Shown here piece by piece: positions 1 to 9,790 of a stretch of DNA of 33,916 nt. The position numbers were made by a program, and so were the translations under genes. The stretch is taken from positions 1 through 33,916 of the forward strand of contig CALCSA010000485.1 of the NCBI GenBank assembly GCA_937894185.1, written 5' to 3'. The notes under the pieces are model-generated. The model saw only the letters and a list, made by a program, of their open reading frames with translations, was not told the DNA's origin and searched no databases. The DNA is from an uncultured Clostridia bacterium (GTDB lineage Bacteria > Bacillota > Clostridia > Oscillospirales > Ruminococcaceae). The first letter of the stretch is position 1. Each line of letters opens with the position of its first letter.

Positions 1-1359
1 CCGAATCACCCGCTCCATCCGACTAAAGCCGATGCGGAACTGGTTTTGCAGCAGCTCGCCCACCGAGCGAATCCGGCGGTTGCCCAGATGGTCGATATCG
101 TCAATGTGGCCGATTCCCTTGCTCAGACCCATCAGGTAGTTGATGGAAGCAAAGATATCGTCCTTGATGATGTGCTTGGGGATGAGGTCATCCTGACGCT
201 CCCGAATCTGCTGGCGAATTTCTTCCTCATCCTGAGCGGATTCCAGAATCTCCCGAAGTACCACAAAGCGCACCTTTTCGTTGATGCCCAACTCGGTGCA
301 GTCAAAATCCACATAGTCCTGAATGTCCACCATGCCGTTGGAAATGACCTTGACCTCGATTTCCCCTACCTGCAGGAATACGTTGTCCACTCCGGCCCGC
401 TCGATGGCTTCGGCCTGTGGCCTTGTCAGTGCCTGTCCGGCATCAGCCATCAGCTCTCCGGTCATGGGAGCGATGACGGGCCGTGCCAAGACATGACCAA
501 CAAGCCGGTCGGCCATGGCCAGCTTTTTGTTATACTTATAGCGACCTACCCGGCTCAGGTCATATCGCCGGGGATCGAAAAACAGGTTGTTGATGTGAGT
601 TTGAGCACTATCTACTGTAGGGGGCTCGCCGGGGCGCAGCTTGCGGTAAACTTCCAGCAGGCCCTCTTCGGTGTTGCGGGTGGCGTCTTTTTCCAGAGTT
701 GCTTTAAGGAGAATGTCTTCGCCGAAGAACTCCTCGATCATTTCATTGCTGGAAAGTCCAAGGGCCCGAATAAGGGTGGTGGCGGGCAGCTTGCGGTTTT
801 TATCGATGCGGACATAGACGATGTCGTTGGAATCGGTTTCATATTCCAGCCAAGCACCCCGGTTGGGGATAATGGTGGAGGAATACAGCTCTTTACCGGC
901 TTTGTCCCGGGAAAGAGCGTAGTACACACCGGGAGAGCGAACCAGCTGGGAAACAATGACCCGCTCGGCTCCGTTGATAATGAAGGTTCCGCTATCGGTC
1001 ATCAGCGGAAAATCGCCCATAAAAATGTCCTGTTCTTTTACTTCTCCGGTCTCTTTATTATAAAGGCTGGCTCTTACCCGCAGGGGTGCTGCGTAAGTGG
1101 TGTCCCGCTCCTTGCACTCTTCGATGGAATATTTGGGCTCTTTCTCCATACGATAATCGATGAAATCCAAAACCAGATTGCCCTGGTAGTCCGAAATGGC
1201 CGAAATGTCCCGGAACACCTCCTTGAGCCCTTCCTCCAGAAACCAGCGGTAGGAATTCTTCTGCACTTCAATGAGGTTTGGCATATCCAGAACCTCGTTG
1301 ATCTTTGCGAAGCTCATCCGGACATTGTTCCCCAGTTGCACCGGCTTTACTTTTACCAT
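1..1359 (-). CDS. rpoB: DNA-directed RNA polymerase subunit beta (5' part; runs off window start)
   Basis: Manual translation of minus strand from ATG 1359 (RBS GGAGAGGA): [37 protein letters not shown]..., later [17 protein letters not shown] and [21 protein letters not shown], all RpoB hallmarks. Missing from the ORF track because there is no stop in the window. Confidence 0.98.
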   Translation of the reverse strand, partial: MVKVKPVQLGNNVRMSFAKINEVLDMPNLIEVQKNSYRWFLEEGLKEVFRDISAISDYQGNLVLDFIDYRMEKEPKYSIEECKERDTTYAAPLRVRASLYNKETGEVKEQDIFMGDFPLMTDSGTFIINGAERVIVSQLVRSPGVYYALSRDKAGKELYSSTIIPNRGAWLEYETDSNDIVYVRIDKNRKLPATTLIRALGLSSNEMIEEFFGEDILLKATLEKDATRNTEEGLLEVYRKLRPGEPPTVDSAQTHINNLFFDPRRYDLSRVGRYKYNKKLAMADRLVGHVLARPVIAPMTGELMADAGQALTRPQAEAIERAGVDNVFLQVGEIEVKVISNGMVDIQDYVDFDCTELGINEKVRFVVLREILESAQDEEEIRQQIRERQDDLIPKHIIKDDIFASINYLMGLSKGIGHIDDIDHLGNRRIRSVGELLQNQFRIGFSRMERVIR

Positions 1360-1531
1360 AGGCTTATCCTCTCCATTTCTGAATCTATGCGCAGCGAGAT
1401 AATTGAGGCACTTACGGCGCGGTGTTTTGGCAGATATCCGCCCCGATTAGGTATCGCTTAACTGTTAAATCAAATACCGGCTGGCAAAAACCATCCTCTC
1501 CCAATTTGTGGGTTCCCATCAAAAATAGGGG

Positions 1532-1560
1532 TTGCATTCGATATAACCATATGCTATAAT
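1532..1560 (+). promoter_or_regulatory. sigmaA-like promoter facing the rpoB promoter
   Basis: TTGCAT(1532-1537)-17 bp-TATAAT(1555-1560) with extended -10 TGn. Confidence 0.6.
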
Positions 1561-1602
1561 ACTGAATTAGATGGAAAAATAGTCATTTTGATACAATATA
1601 AT

Positions 1603-1631
1603 ATTATATTATAATACTGCTCGGATGTCAA
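1603..1631 (-). promoter_or_regulatory. sigmaA promoter for rpoB
   Basis: Perfect TTGACA-17 bp-TATAAT on minus strand (plus strand TGTCAA 1626-1631, ATTATA 1603-1608). Confidence 0.85.
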
Positions 1632-1675
1632 TATCTTTTTTACTAGAGATATTGACTTTTTTTATTTATTGCACA

Positions 1676-1719
1676 AAAAAGCGGCCTTCCCTTTGTATAT
1701 GCTGCTTTTTCTTTTGTTT
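1676..1719 (+). terminator. possible intrinsic terminator
   Basis: AAAAAGCGGC/GCTGCTTTTT stem with a 15-nt loop, followed by CTTTTGTTT. Confidence 0.4.
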
Positions 1720-2304
1720 GGCGCTTCATACCATCCCCATATTCTGTTGGGACATGGCGGATATTTTTCTTGGCAGGTGTTACAATACAGTGGTCGGGAG
1801 GCAAGAAACCTCTTGCATTTCAGCACGCACCTATTAGGATGCCCTTTTTCCCATCTCCTCAAACAGTATTTGTAAATTTTAGCAGCAGGGATGTTTCCGG
1901 CAATATGCGCGCCGAATTCGCTTTTTTATTTCCTTTTACCGCCACCAAACAAGAAAGGGGAAAATTCTGTCGCCAGTTAAGTTTTTCTTTAAAATAATAC
2001 CATAGAATTTGGTAGAAAAGTTAAAAATTGTTACCAATAATCCCCCGGAGTTTTTCGATCTCTCCTATAAATGGTTAATTTTTGCTGACAATTTGAATCA
2101 AAACATTTTCCTTTGCAAGATTGGTCTACCTGCTGGGCACTATATGAGTGTTGCAGCCCCAAAGAGGATTCCCATCCGGTAGGGATAGCCGGTTTATCCT
2201 ATAATTATGCGGAATTTTTTGGGTGGGCAGCGCAGACAACCGGGACTTGGCTGCGGTTTCAGGAGCCGCGCAACCCGGAATTCATGATGAATGGAGAACA
2301 GAAT

Positions 2305-3063
2305 ATGAATACCAGGAAAATGCTTGCGGTTTTGTTTACTCTTCTGCTGATTGTGGGCATGACAGCTTGCAACCGCAACCGCAACAACGAAGTCAGTCCG
2401 CTGCCCGGAGGCACTCCCGGTACTGCCGGCGCCGGAACCGAACTGAGCTCTCCCCCCTCTCGGGTCGACGGACTGGGAAGCTCCGAGGTAGAAGTGGACA
2501 ACCGGTCCGGACGCCACGAGTTTTCCGACACCAACGTCAGCATTGATCTTAAGCTGGACCGCGAGGAGTACACCGTCAGCGACATGTTGGACCTGAATGT
2601 CACCATTAAAAACAACGCATCCACCCCTATTGTGTTTGTCGGCGGCTCCGGCTCCAACATTGTGCCTGACGGCCTGCAGGTCACTCTGGACGAGCTGACC
2701 CCCATGTATCGCCCGGTAGCGGCTACCATGGATATGCAGTATTCTAACCTTGCCCCCGGTGAAAGCGTCACTTTTAATCTTCCCTTCGCCCCTTATGTGG
2801 GAACCCGGCAGGATTTGCTGGGCCCCGGATTGGATCAGAACCTTGACTTTTTCCGCAGCAATGCTGATTATACCCCCGCCAAAGCCGGAAAGATCAACGG
2901 TACCCTGACCTTCACTTATCAGCTCATGACGACCGAGAGCATCGAAGGTCCTTACAACGATCTGATGGAAGGCGGAAACCCCCATGTCATCACCGGTGAC
3001 TTCACCACTAATATTGTGGATGCCGTGGGCGCCGATGTTTCCGGTGCGGTAACCTCGAAATAA
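2305..3063 (+). CDS. hypothetical lipoprotein (Ig-like/beta-rich domain likely)
   Basis: GGAG RBS before ATG 2305; MNTRKMLAVLFTLLLIVGMTAC is a signal peptide with lipobox; low-complexity linker followed by a beta-rich domain. Confidence 0.8.
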   Translation: MNTRKMLAVLFTLLLIVGMTACNRNRNNEVSPLPGGTPGTAGAGTELSSPPSRVDGLGSSEVEVDNRSGRHEFSDTNVSIDLKLDREEYTVSDMLDLNVTIKNNASTPIVFVGGSGSNIVPDGLQVTLDELTPMYRPVAATMDMQYSNLAPGESVTFNLPFAPYVGTRQDLLGPGLDQNLDFFRSNADYTPAKAGKINGTLTFTYQLMTTESIEGPYNDLMEGGNPHVITGDFTTNIVDAVGADVSGAVTSK

Positions 3064-3076
3064 AGACACGCTCATT

Positions 3077-3112
3077 GCAAAAAAGTCGCCTTGGACCGGG
3101 CGACTTTTTTGC
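3077..3112. terminator. bidirectional intrinsic terminator
   Basis: GCAAAAAAGTCGCC...GGCGACTTTTTTGC between convergent genes. Confidence 0.9.
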
Positions 3113-3139
3113 TTTTTATATACCTGCGCCAATTGCCTA

Positions 3140-5836
3140 TCAGACGGGGCTTTCCTCCCGCTCGGGAAGGGAGGACGCCGTTTTCTTGCGTTTGGAAATC
3201 AGATGGCCCAAAGCGGAGAGCACAGGAGCCAGCAGGGAATAAAGAAACACCCGCAGTAGCTGATGCAGGGAAAGGGGCACTGTCAGGAACACCCGCTGCA
3301 TCCAAGGGTGATAGACGGTGAGCAGCGTCATGCCAAGGGAGGTCAGCACCGCCAGAATCAGGGCGGGATTGCTGAGATACTTAACGCCAAAGATGCTCTT
3401 TTCTTCCGATTTGCACTCAAATACGTGGAAGAGCTGGGTAAAAATCAACGTGACCAACGCTCCGGTTCTGGCAAGGGCTACATCGCCGTATAGCCCCATG
3501 TAGCTGGTAAAGATGGCCAGCGTCGTCAATCCAATGATACAGCCCCGGAAGATAATGGTGGTGAGCAACCCGTTTGAAAAGACGCTCTCCCCTGCCGGAC
3601 GGGGCTTTTGCCTCATAATTCCCTCCTCGGCGGGCTCCAGGCTCAGCGCCATGGCGGGCAGGCCGTCGGTGGCCAGATTGACCAGCAGTATCTGAATGGG
3701 AAGCAGCACCACCGGCAGACCCATCAGCATCCCTACAAACATGGTGATTACCTCTCCGATGTTGCAGGAGATCAGGTAGCGGATAAACTTGCGGATGTTG
3801 GCGTAGACTACCCGGCCTTCTTCAATGGCGGCCACCAAGGTGGCAAAGTTGTCGTCCAGTAGAATAATGGAGGCAGCCTGCTTGGTGACGTCGGTTCCGG
3901 AAATTCCCATGGAGACACCGATGTCCGCTTCTTTGACAGCAGGGGCATCGTTGACTCCATCTCCGGTCATGGCCACCACATCCCCCCGGCGCTTGAGGGC
4001 ACGGACAATCTGCAGCTTGTGCCCGGGACTGACCCGGGCAAAGACGCTGATCCGGGGGCAGATCTCCTGAAAGGCCTCCTCGGGCATGGCGTCGATTTCC
4101 ACCCCCGTCATCACCAGATCACCCTTCTTCATAATCCCCAGATCCTTGGCGATGGCGCAGGCGGTAGCTTTGTGGTCCCCGGTAATCATCACCGTGCGAA
4201 TCTTGGCCGACTTGCAGAGGGAGACCGCCTCATAGGCTTCCTTGCGGGGAGGGTCCAGCATCCCGGCCAGCCCCACAAATACCATATCCTCCTCCGCCCG
4301 GGATTTGTTCCCCGTCTCCCTGTAGGCAAAGCCCAGCACCCGCAGCGCCTGTTCCCCCATGGATTTGGCGGCTTCTTCAATGACCCTGCGGTGGGTGGGA
4401 GTCAGGGGAAGGCTCCCGGCATCGGTCATGACGTATTTGCAGCGGTTAAGGAGCAGATCAAAGGCGCCCTTGGAAAAGCTGACTTCCCTTCCCCCCTGCT
4501 CCTGCAGCAGCACCGTCATCCGCTTGCGCTCGGAATCAAAGGGGATTTCGTCCAGCTTATGGTAGCGGCCCTGTCCCTGCCGCAGCCCCGCCTTGGCGGC
4601 CATTACCAGCAGAGCGGTTTCCGTCGGCTCCCCCGAAACCTCCCAGTGGCCGGAGACGTTGCCTCCCGTCCGGTCCCGGATGGAGTCAGCCTTTTGGGGC
4701 TCGTTAATCTGGGCGTTGCTGCACTCCACCGCAATAGAAAACAGCCGCGTCAGGGTGGGGGAAGCGCTGACATTGGCCTTCCTCCCCCCTGCCGAAAACT
4801 CTCCGGCCCGGGCATAGCCGTTGCCGGAAACCTCCAGCTGATAATCCATGGTAAAGATCTGTCGCACCGTCATTTTGTTTTCGGTCAGAGTTCCGGTTTT
4901 GTCGGTACAGATGACGTTGGCGCAGCCCATGGTCTCCACGGCGTGAAGCTTCCGCACCAGAGCGTGGCGCTTGAGAATCCGGTTGACGGCCAGAGCCAGA
5001 GCAATGGTGACAATGGCGGGCAAGCCCTCGGGAACGGCGGCCACCGCAAGGGAAATCCCCGTGAGCAGCATGTTGAACAGCTCTTCTCCCCGTAGGATGC
5101 CCGTTGCCGTCACCACGGCGCAGATGAGCAGGCAGCCCCCCGCTATGTACTTACCCAGCTGTTCCAGCCGCTTTTGCAGAGGCGTGGGTTCTTCTTCAAT
5201 CTCGTGGAGCATCCCAGCGATCTTGCCCATCTCCGTTTGCATTCCGGTGGCGGTGGCCACGGCTTTTCCCCGTCCCTTGGTCACCACGGTGCCCATGTAC
5301 ACCTGATCCGCCCGGCCCGGCTCCCGCACCGGCGCATCCCCGGCGGCCCGGTGCTTCTCCACGGGAACGGACTCTCCGGTTAGCAGGCTCTCGTCGCACT
5401 GAAGGGAAGCCACCTCCACCAGACGGCCATCTGCCGGAACCTTATCCCCCGGCACCAGAACCATCAGGTCCCCCGGCACAATCTCGCTGGCGGCAATGGT
5501 AATCTGCCTGCCGTCCCGGATCACCCGGGCGGTGGGAGCCGCCATGTTTTTTAGAGCCTCTAAGGTTCTTTCGGTGCGGAACTCCTGAATAAAACCCAGA
5601 ATGGCGTTGAGTAGCACAATGACAATGATGGCGATGGCCTCGGTAATTTCCCCCATGAGGACAGAAACCACCGTGGAGGCCAAAAGGATCATGATCATCA
5701 GATCCTTAAACTGCCCACCAAAAATTTTGATCATACTGATTTTTTTACCCGATTCCAGCCGGTTTTCGCCGTATTCGAACAACAGCTTTTCGGCCTGTTT
5801 CTGGGAAAGCCCTGACATTTGCTTTTCCGCGGACAT
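3140..5836 (-). CDS. calcium-translocating P-type ATPase (type IIA, YloB-like)
   Basis: TGES, VPEGLP, DKTGTLT phosphorylation motif, TGD, GDGVNDAP, NLATDGLPA; start placed at ATG 5836 after GGAGTTGGGG. Confidence 0.93.
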   Translation of the reverse strand: MSAEKQMSGLSQKQAEKLLFEYGENRLESGKKISMIKIFGGQFKDLMIMILLASTVVSVLMGEITEAIAIIVIVLLNAILGFIQEFRTERTLEALKNMAAPTARVIRDGRQITIAASEIVPGDLMVLVPGDKVPADGRLVEVASLQCDESLLTGESVPVEKHRAAGDAPVREPGRADQVYMGTVVTKGRGKAVATATGMQTEMGKIAGMLHEIEEEPTPLQKRLEQLGKYIAGGCLLICAVVTATGILRGEELFNMLLTGISLAVAAVPEGLPAIVTIALALAVNRILKRHALVRKLHAVETMGCANVICTDKTGTLTENKMTVRQIFTMDYQLEVSGNGYARAGEFSAGGRKANVSASPTLTRLFSIAVECSNAQINEPQKADSIRDRTGGNVSGHWEVSGEPTETALLVMAAKAGLRQGQGRYHKLDEIPFDSERKRMTVLLQEQGGREVSFSKGAFDLLLNRCKYVMTDAGSLPLTPTHRRVIEEAAKSMGEQALRVLGFAYRETGNKSRAEEDMVFVGLAGMLDPPRKEAYEAVSLCKSAKIRTVMITGDHKATACAIAKDLGIMKKGDLVMTGVEIDAMPEEAFQEICPRISVFARVSPGHKLQIVRALKRRGDVVAMTGDGVNDAPAVKEADIGVSMGISGTDVTKQAASIILLDDNFATLVAAIEEGRVVYANIRKFIRYLISCNIGEVITMFVGMLMGLPVVLLPIQILLVNLATDGLPAMALSLEPAEEGIMRQKPRPAGESVFSNGLLTTIIFRGCIIGLTTLAIFTSYMGLYGDVALARTGALVTLIFTQLFHVFECKSEEKSIFGVKYLSNPALILAVLTSLGMTLLTVYHPWMQRVFLTVPLSLHQLLRVFLYSLLAPVLSALGHLISKRKKTASSLPEREESPV

Positions 5837-6138
5837 ATTCCCCCAACTCCTCTGCTCCGGTTGTTTTAGACAGGTGCTCTCCCTTCCCATCATCGGTTTG
5901 GAGAGTTGTCCATAATATATATACGTGCCTGTCCCACCGTTTATGCCTTCCGCAACCCGCCGTCTGCTCCGGGATTTTTATAGGGAATCCGGTAGCCTAA
6001 ACTTTAAGTTTTTTCCTGACTGTTTTGTCAAAGGCGAATTTCATGCAGAAATTCCTCTGTTTTCTGCTACTATTACAGTAGAGTCTTTGTCCCATTGTTT
6101 TGGGGAACGGATTCTGGAAGGACACAGGAGGTTTTAAG

Positions 6139-7119
6139 ATGACAGCCGAAAAATACGCCGATGCTCCCCCTTATCTGCGGGATTTTTTGTTTTATATGTT
6201 GACCATTCGAGGCCGCTCTCCCCGCACGGTGAACGCTTATTACATTGACCTGCGCACCTTTCTGCGCTTTTTAAAGTACCGCGACCAGCCTGCCCCTGCG
6301 GAAAAAGCGCTCACCATTGCCGATGTGGACATTGAGATTTTGCGAAAGGTAACCCTTTCCGATGTCTATGATTACCTCAACTACACCCTGACCCAGCGGG
6401 AAAACAGCGCCAAAACCCGGGCCCGCAAGGTGAGCAGCCTGCGCTCTTTTTTTAAGTACCTCACCGTCAAGGCCCATCTGCTGGAGGAAAACCCCGTCAA
6501 AAATCTGGAGCTGCCCACAGTGAAGAAAACGCTACCCAGTCATCTGACTCTGGAGGAGAGTTTGGAACTCCTCTCCAGCGTGAACTCCCGGTATGCCCGG
6601 CGGGATTACTGCATCCTCATCCTGCTGCTCAATTGCGGGATGCGGCTTTCCGAGCTTTGCGGCATCAACCTCTCGGACATTCGGGACAACAGCGTCCGAC
6701 TTCTGGGCAAAGGCAACAAGGAGCGGGTGGTTTACCTCAACGATGCTTGCCTGTTCGCCTTGGAGCAGTATAAGCCGGAGCGGGCCGCCATGCCCCGGGC
6801 CGCCACGGAAAAGGCTCTCTTTCTCTCCTCCCGGGGGACCAGGCTGGGACCCCGCAGGGTGGAACAGATCGTCGCCGAATGCCTTAAGGCTGCGGGGTTG
6901 GATGACCGGGGCTATTCCCCCCACAAGCTGCGGCACACCGCCGCCACCCTGATGTATCAACACGGTCAGGTGGACATCCGGGTGCTTAAAGAGATTTTAG
7001 GCCACGCCAATCTGTCCACCACCGAGCTGTACACCCACGTTTCCAACGCCCAGATCGAACATGCCGCCTCCCAAAGTCCTCTGTCCAAAGTGAAGGTGCG
7101 CAAAACTCAACACACGTGA
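6139..7119 (+). CDS. tyrosine recombinase, XerC/XerD family
   Basis: AGGAGG RBS before ATG 6139; SAM-like N-domain (RSPRTVNAY, TRARKVSSLRSFFKYL); catalytic GMRLSEL, GKGNKER, HKLRHT, LGH, TTELYTH. Confidence 0.92.
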   Translation: MTAEKYADAPPYLRDFLFYMLTIRGRSPRTVNAYYIDLRTFLRFLKYRDQPAPAEKALTIADVDIEILRKVTLSDVYDYLNYTLTQRENSAKTRARKVSSLRSFFKYLTVKAHLLEENPVKNLELPTVKKTLPSHLTLEESLELLSSVNSRYARRDYCILILLLNCGMRLSELCGINLSDIRDNSVRLLGKGNKERVVYLNDACLFALEQYKPERAAMPRAATEKALFLSSRGTRLGPRRVEQIVAECLKAAGLDDRGYSPHKLRHTAATLMYQHGQVDIRVLKEILGHANLSTTELYTHVSNAQIEHAASQSPLSKVKVRKTQHT

Positions 7120-7137
7120 AGAACGCCTATCTGAATC

Positions 7138-7183
7138 GCAAAAACATCCCCCGCCGCAAACAAGTGGCGGGGGATGTTTTTGC
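7138..7183. terminator. bidirectional intrinsic terminator
   Basis: GCAAAAACATCCCCCGCC...GGCGGGGGATGTTTTTGC. Confidence 0.9.
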
Positions 7184-7243
7184 ATAATGGCAGTGCAGGC
7201 AATCAGGGCCACCCGGTAAAGGATGACCCTGAAGGTTTACAGG

Positions 7244-7615
7244 TTAGGCGGTGGGCAGTTTGCGGCCGCGGGTCACCCAAAGGGATGCCCCCAGCAAAGC
7301 CACGGCGCCAAGAAGCTGCAACGTGTCGGAGACTGCGCCGGTTTCAGGGGGAGGGATATAGCCTTCCACACTGGTAGTGGGTTCCGCGGGAGTTTGGGGA
7401 ATCACCACCTTGTTGTCTATTCGCAGGGCGGGAGCGTTTTCAATGTCCGAGAGGCCGGCGCTTTCTCTGGGCAAAAGAACCGAGTAATCGTAATTGTTCT
7501 GCCGGGCCGTTCCATTGGCTGTAGGATCTTCCGCTGCCATCACAGCAATGTAAGTGGCCGAGCAAATCACTGTCAGAAGCAGAACCAGAACCAGAGTTTT
7601 TGCCATTGCTTTCAT
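7244..7615 (-). CDS. small secreted protein with sortase-like PPETG sorting signal
   Basis: GAAGGTG RBS; N-terminal signal peptide; C-terminal PPETG + hydrophobic helix + RGRK tail. Confidence 0.7.
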   Translation of the reverse strand: MKAMAKTLVLVLLLTVICSATYIAVMAAEDPTANGTARQNNYDYSVLLPRESAGLSDIENAPALRIDNKVVIPQTPAEPTTSVEGYIPPPETGAVSDTLQLLGAVALLGASLWVTRGRKLPTA

Positions 7616-7798
7616 TTTGCTTCACCTTCCGTCTTGTTTTTGGAGCCCATTGCGGTTTGTTCTCTCCTACCCAAGCAGGAGGAAAAAGCTGCATGTTTTT
7701 TCTTTTATTGGCTCCATATTTAAAATTTCCCAATTTATCGTTTTTATGGCTGTTAAGATTTGGTATTTTTCTGCCTGCTTCTCTTTCTCTCGAATTTT

Positions 7799-7828
7799 GC
7801 ATAACCGTGGGATTGCAACCTCATAATA
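7799..7828 (+). promoter_or_regulatory. sigmaG-type forespore promoter
   Basis: GCATA-18 bp-CATAATA matches the B. subtilis sigmaG consensus; lies directly upstream of a YetF/DUF421 gene. Confidence 0.6.
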
Positions 7829-7865
7829 AAGCAGGAGTGATAAAAATTCATGTGGAGGAATGAAT

Positions 7866-8558
7866 ATGAGTGTGGTGGTACTGCGCACGGTGGTGCTTTA
7901 CATTGCAATCGTGCTGGCGCTGCGGATTATGGGAAAACGCCAGCTGGGAGAACTTCAGCCTGCCGAGTTGGTTGTTACCATCCTAGTTTCCAACATCGCC
8001 ACCCTTTCGATTGAGGACACCAACATCCCCCTATTGGGCAGTATTCTGCCTATTTTTATGCTGGTGAGCTGCGAGGTTCTGGTATCCGTCATCATTTTAA
8101 AGAGCGGCTACGCCCGCAAGATGATCTCGGGAAACTCGCGGATTCTCATCCGGGATGGAGTACTGGATCAAGAGGAGATGCGCAATCTGCGCTGGTCCAT
8201 TGATGATGTGACCGAGCAGCTGCGGATGAACAACATCTTTGATATCCGGGATGTAAGCTTTGCCATTGTGGAGACTTCGGGCTATTTAAGTGCCTATCCA
8301 AAGTTTTCGGCCCGGCCCGTCACTGCTCAGATGATGAACATCCCCCCCAATGGTGAGCCGGACGCTCCTCCCATGACCGTCATCAATGACGGGGTTTTGG
8401 ACCGGGACGCTCTGACCTTTCTTAATTTAAGAGAGGAGTGGCTGTACAAGATTCTGGAAGAGGAAAAGGTAACGGTGCAGGATGTCTTTCTCATGACCTG
8501 CGACCGCCGGGCCCAGTACAGCATCGAGGTCAAAAGCAAAAGGAGGAGAAAGCAGTGA
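7866..8558 (+). CDS. DUF421 / YetF-family membrane protein
   Basis: RIMGKRQLGELQPAELV, LIRDG, AIVETSGYLS motifs; three N-terminal TM helices; GGAGG RBS (alternative start 7860). Confidence 0.9.
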   Translation: MSVVVLRTVVLYIAIVLALRIMGKRQLGELQPAELVVTILVSNIATLSIEDTNIPLLGSILPIFMLVSCEVLVSVIILKSGYARKMISGNSRILIRDGVLDQEEMRNLRWSIDDVTEQLRMNNIFDIRDVSFAIVETSGYLSAYPKFSARPVTAQMMNIPPNGEPDAPPMTVINDGVLDRDALTFLNLREEWLYKILEEEKVTVQDVFLMTCDRRAQYSIEVKSKRRRKQ

Positions 8559-8935
8559 AGCGTTTTTACATCTGCCTTGCAGTGATTGCCGGGATTATTG
8601 GAGTCTGCATCTTTTCCATGCACCGGGTGTCGGAGATGAAGGACCGGGTGGATACCTACGCTCAGGCTGTTTTTACCGCCGTGGAGGAGGAGGACTACGA
8701 AAAGACTCTGGCCAGCGTCCGAGAGTTAACCACCTATTGGGAGGAGGAGCACAAGGTTCTGGTGCGGTACATTCGCCACGCCCAGGTAGACGACATTTCT
8801 AGGTCTATGTTTAAACTGGAGTCGCTGGCCCGCTATAAAGCCTATCATGATTTAACCGCCGAGCTAAGCTCCATTGTATGGCAGGCAAACCAGATTTGGG
8901 ACTCGGAGCGGATCAACGTGGGAAACGTGATGTAG
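8555..8935 (+). CDS. DUF4363-family protein
   Basis: GTG overlaps the upstream stop (GTGA) with AGGAGG RBS; N-terminal TM then helical domain with W...IRHAQVDDI; usual partner of DUF421. Confidence 0.75.
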   Translation: MKRFYICLAVIAGIIGVCIFSMHRVSEMKDRVDTYAQAVFTAVEEEDYEKTLASVRELTTYWEEEHKVLVRYIRHAQVDDISRSMFKLESLARYKAYHDLTAELSSIVWQANQIWDSERINVGNVM

Positions 8936-8947
8936 CCTGATTTTCAA

Positions 8948-8976
8948 TTGCATTTTCCCGGTGGAAATGGTAGAGT
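8948..8976 (+). promoter_or_regulatory. possible sigmaA promoter for TPM-recG
   Basis: TTGCAT-17 bp-TAGAGT with TGn extension. Confidence 0.45.
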
Positions 8977-9007
8977 AGAAAAAATAGAACCCCACCGAGG
9001 AATCGTT

Positions 9008-9790
9008 ATGAAACAATATTTGCTTCCCCCTGTTTTGCTGCTGTTTTGCCTGCTGCTGATGGGGGCCGCCCCCATTTTCCCCACCGTTGATTTTTATGTC
9101 AACGATGCCGCCGGCATTATCATTGATCAGCATAAGGACACTATGATGAAGGCTTCTGCCGGGCTGGAGCAGCAAAGCGGAACACAGCTGGTGCTACTCA
9201 CCCTCCCCTCCTTAGAGGAGCAGGGATACGATGACTTATCGGCCTTTGCCGGCGATGTTTTTACCTCTTGGGAAATTGGAGGCCGACAGGAAGAAAACGG
9301 CCTGCTGATTGTGGCGGTTAAATCCCCTGCCGCCTGCACCATCCGGGTGGGAAAAGCCTTTGCCGGAGAGATTACCCCTTCTCAAATTGAGGCAGTCACC
9401 CAAAACGTGGTGGCCACCATGCAAAAGGGCAACTCCACCAAGGCCCTGATGGATCTGTACTCCGCCCTTTCCCTGCGGGTTTACGAGATTCTGGAGCTGG
9501 AGCCTCCCGCTGCCGGAGCGGTCGAAGCGGCGGTAAGCCGCAGCCGTCTGCCCTATCTGCTGCTGGCGGGAGTGTTTGTGGTGGTGGCTCGCTCCTACCG
9601 GGTCAGCCGCAAATACCGCAATCGCTATAAGGGGTATTCTCCCACACGCAAGCAGTTTTCCCGCCTAAAGCGGGACGAGGACGCCATCCGTGCCGACAAA
9701 GTGCCGGAGCTCTATGACAGAATCGGCCGGGAAGCAACCGCCGATGCCTCATGGGAGCCGGATCAGGAACAGGAAGGAGCAGAACCGTGA
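9008..9790 (+). CDS. TPM-domain membrane protein
   Basis: Signal peptide; YVNDAAGII...QLVLLTLPSL...WEIG...NGLLIV...IRVG pattern of the TPM domain; C-terminal TM helix. Confidence 0.85.
   Translation: MKQYLLPPVLLLFCLLLMGAAPIFPTVDFYVNDAAGIIIDQHKDTMMKASAGLEQQSGTQLVLLTLPSLEEQGYDDLSAFAGDVFTSWEIGGRQEENGLLIVAVKSPAACTIRVGKAFAGEITPSQIEAVTQNVVATMQKGNSTKALMDLYSALSLRVYEILELEPPAAGAVEAAVSRSRLPYLLLAGVFVVVARSYRVSRKYRNRYKGYSPTRKQFSRLKRDEDAIRADKVPELYDRIGREATADASWEPDQEQEGAEP

Noticed and set aside
46-1461. 471-aa plus-strand ORF
   Set aside because: Antisense shadow of rpoB, which is unmistakable on the minus strand.
1625-1997. Several 66-75 aa ORFs in the rpoB upstream region
   Set aside because: Overlapping in several frames, AT-rich, no good RBS, atypical codon use; treated as non-coding.
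6139-7119. Tyrosine recombinase as an integrase of a mobile element
   Set aside because: Flanked by core genes, short XerC-like architecture, no tRNA/att repeats, excisionase or phage/conjugation genes.
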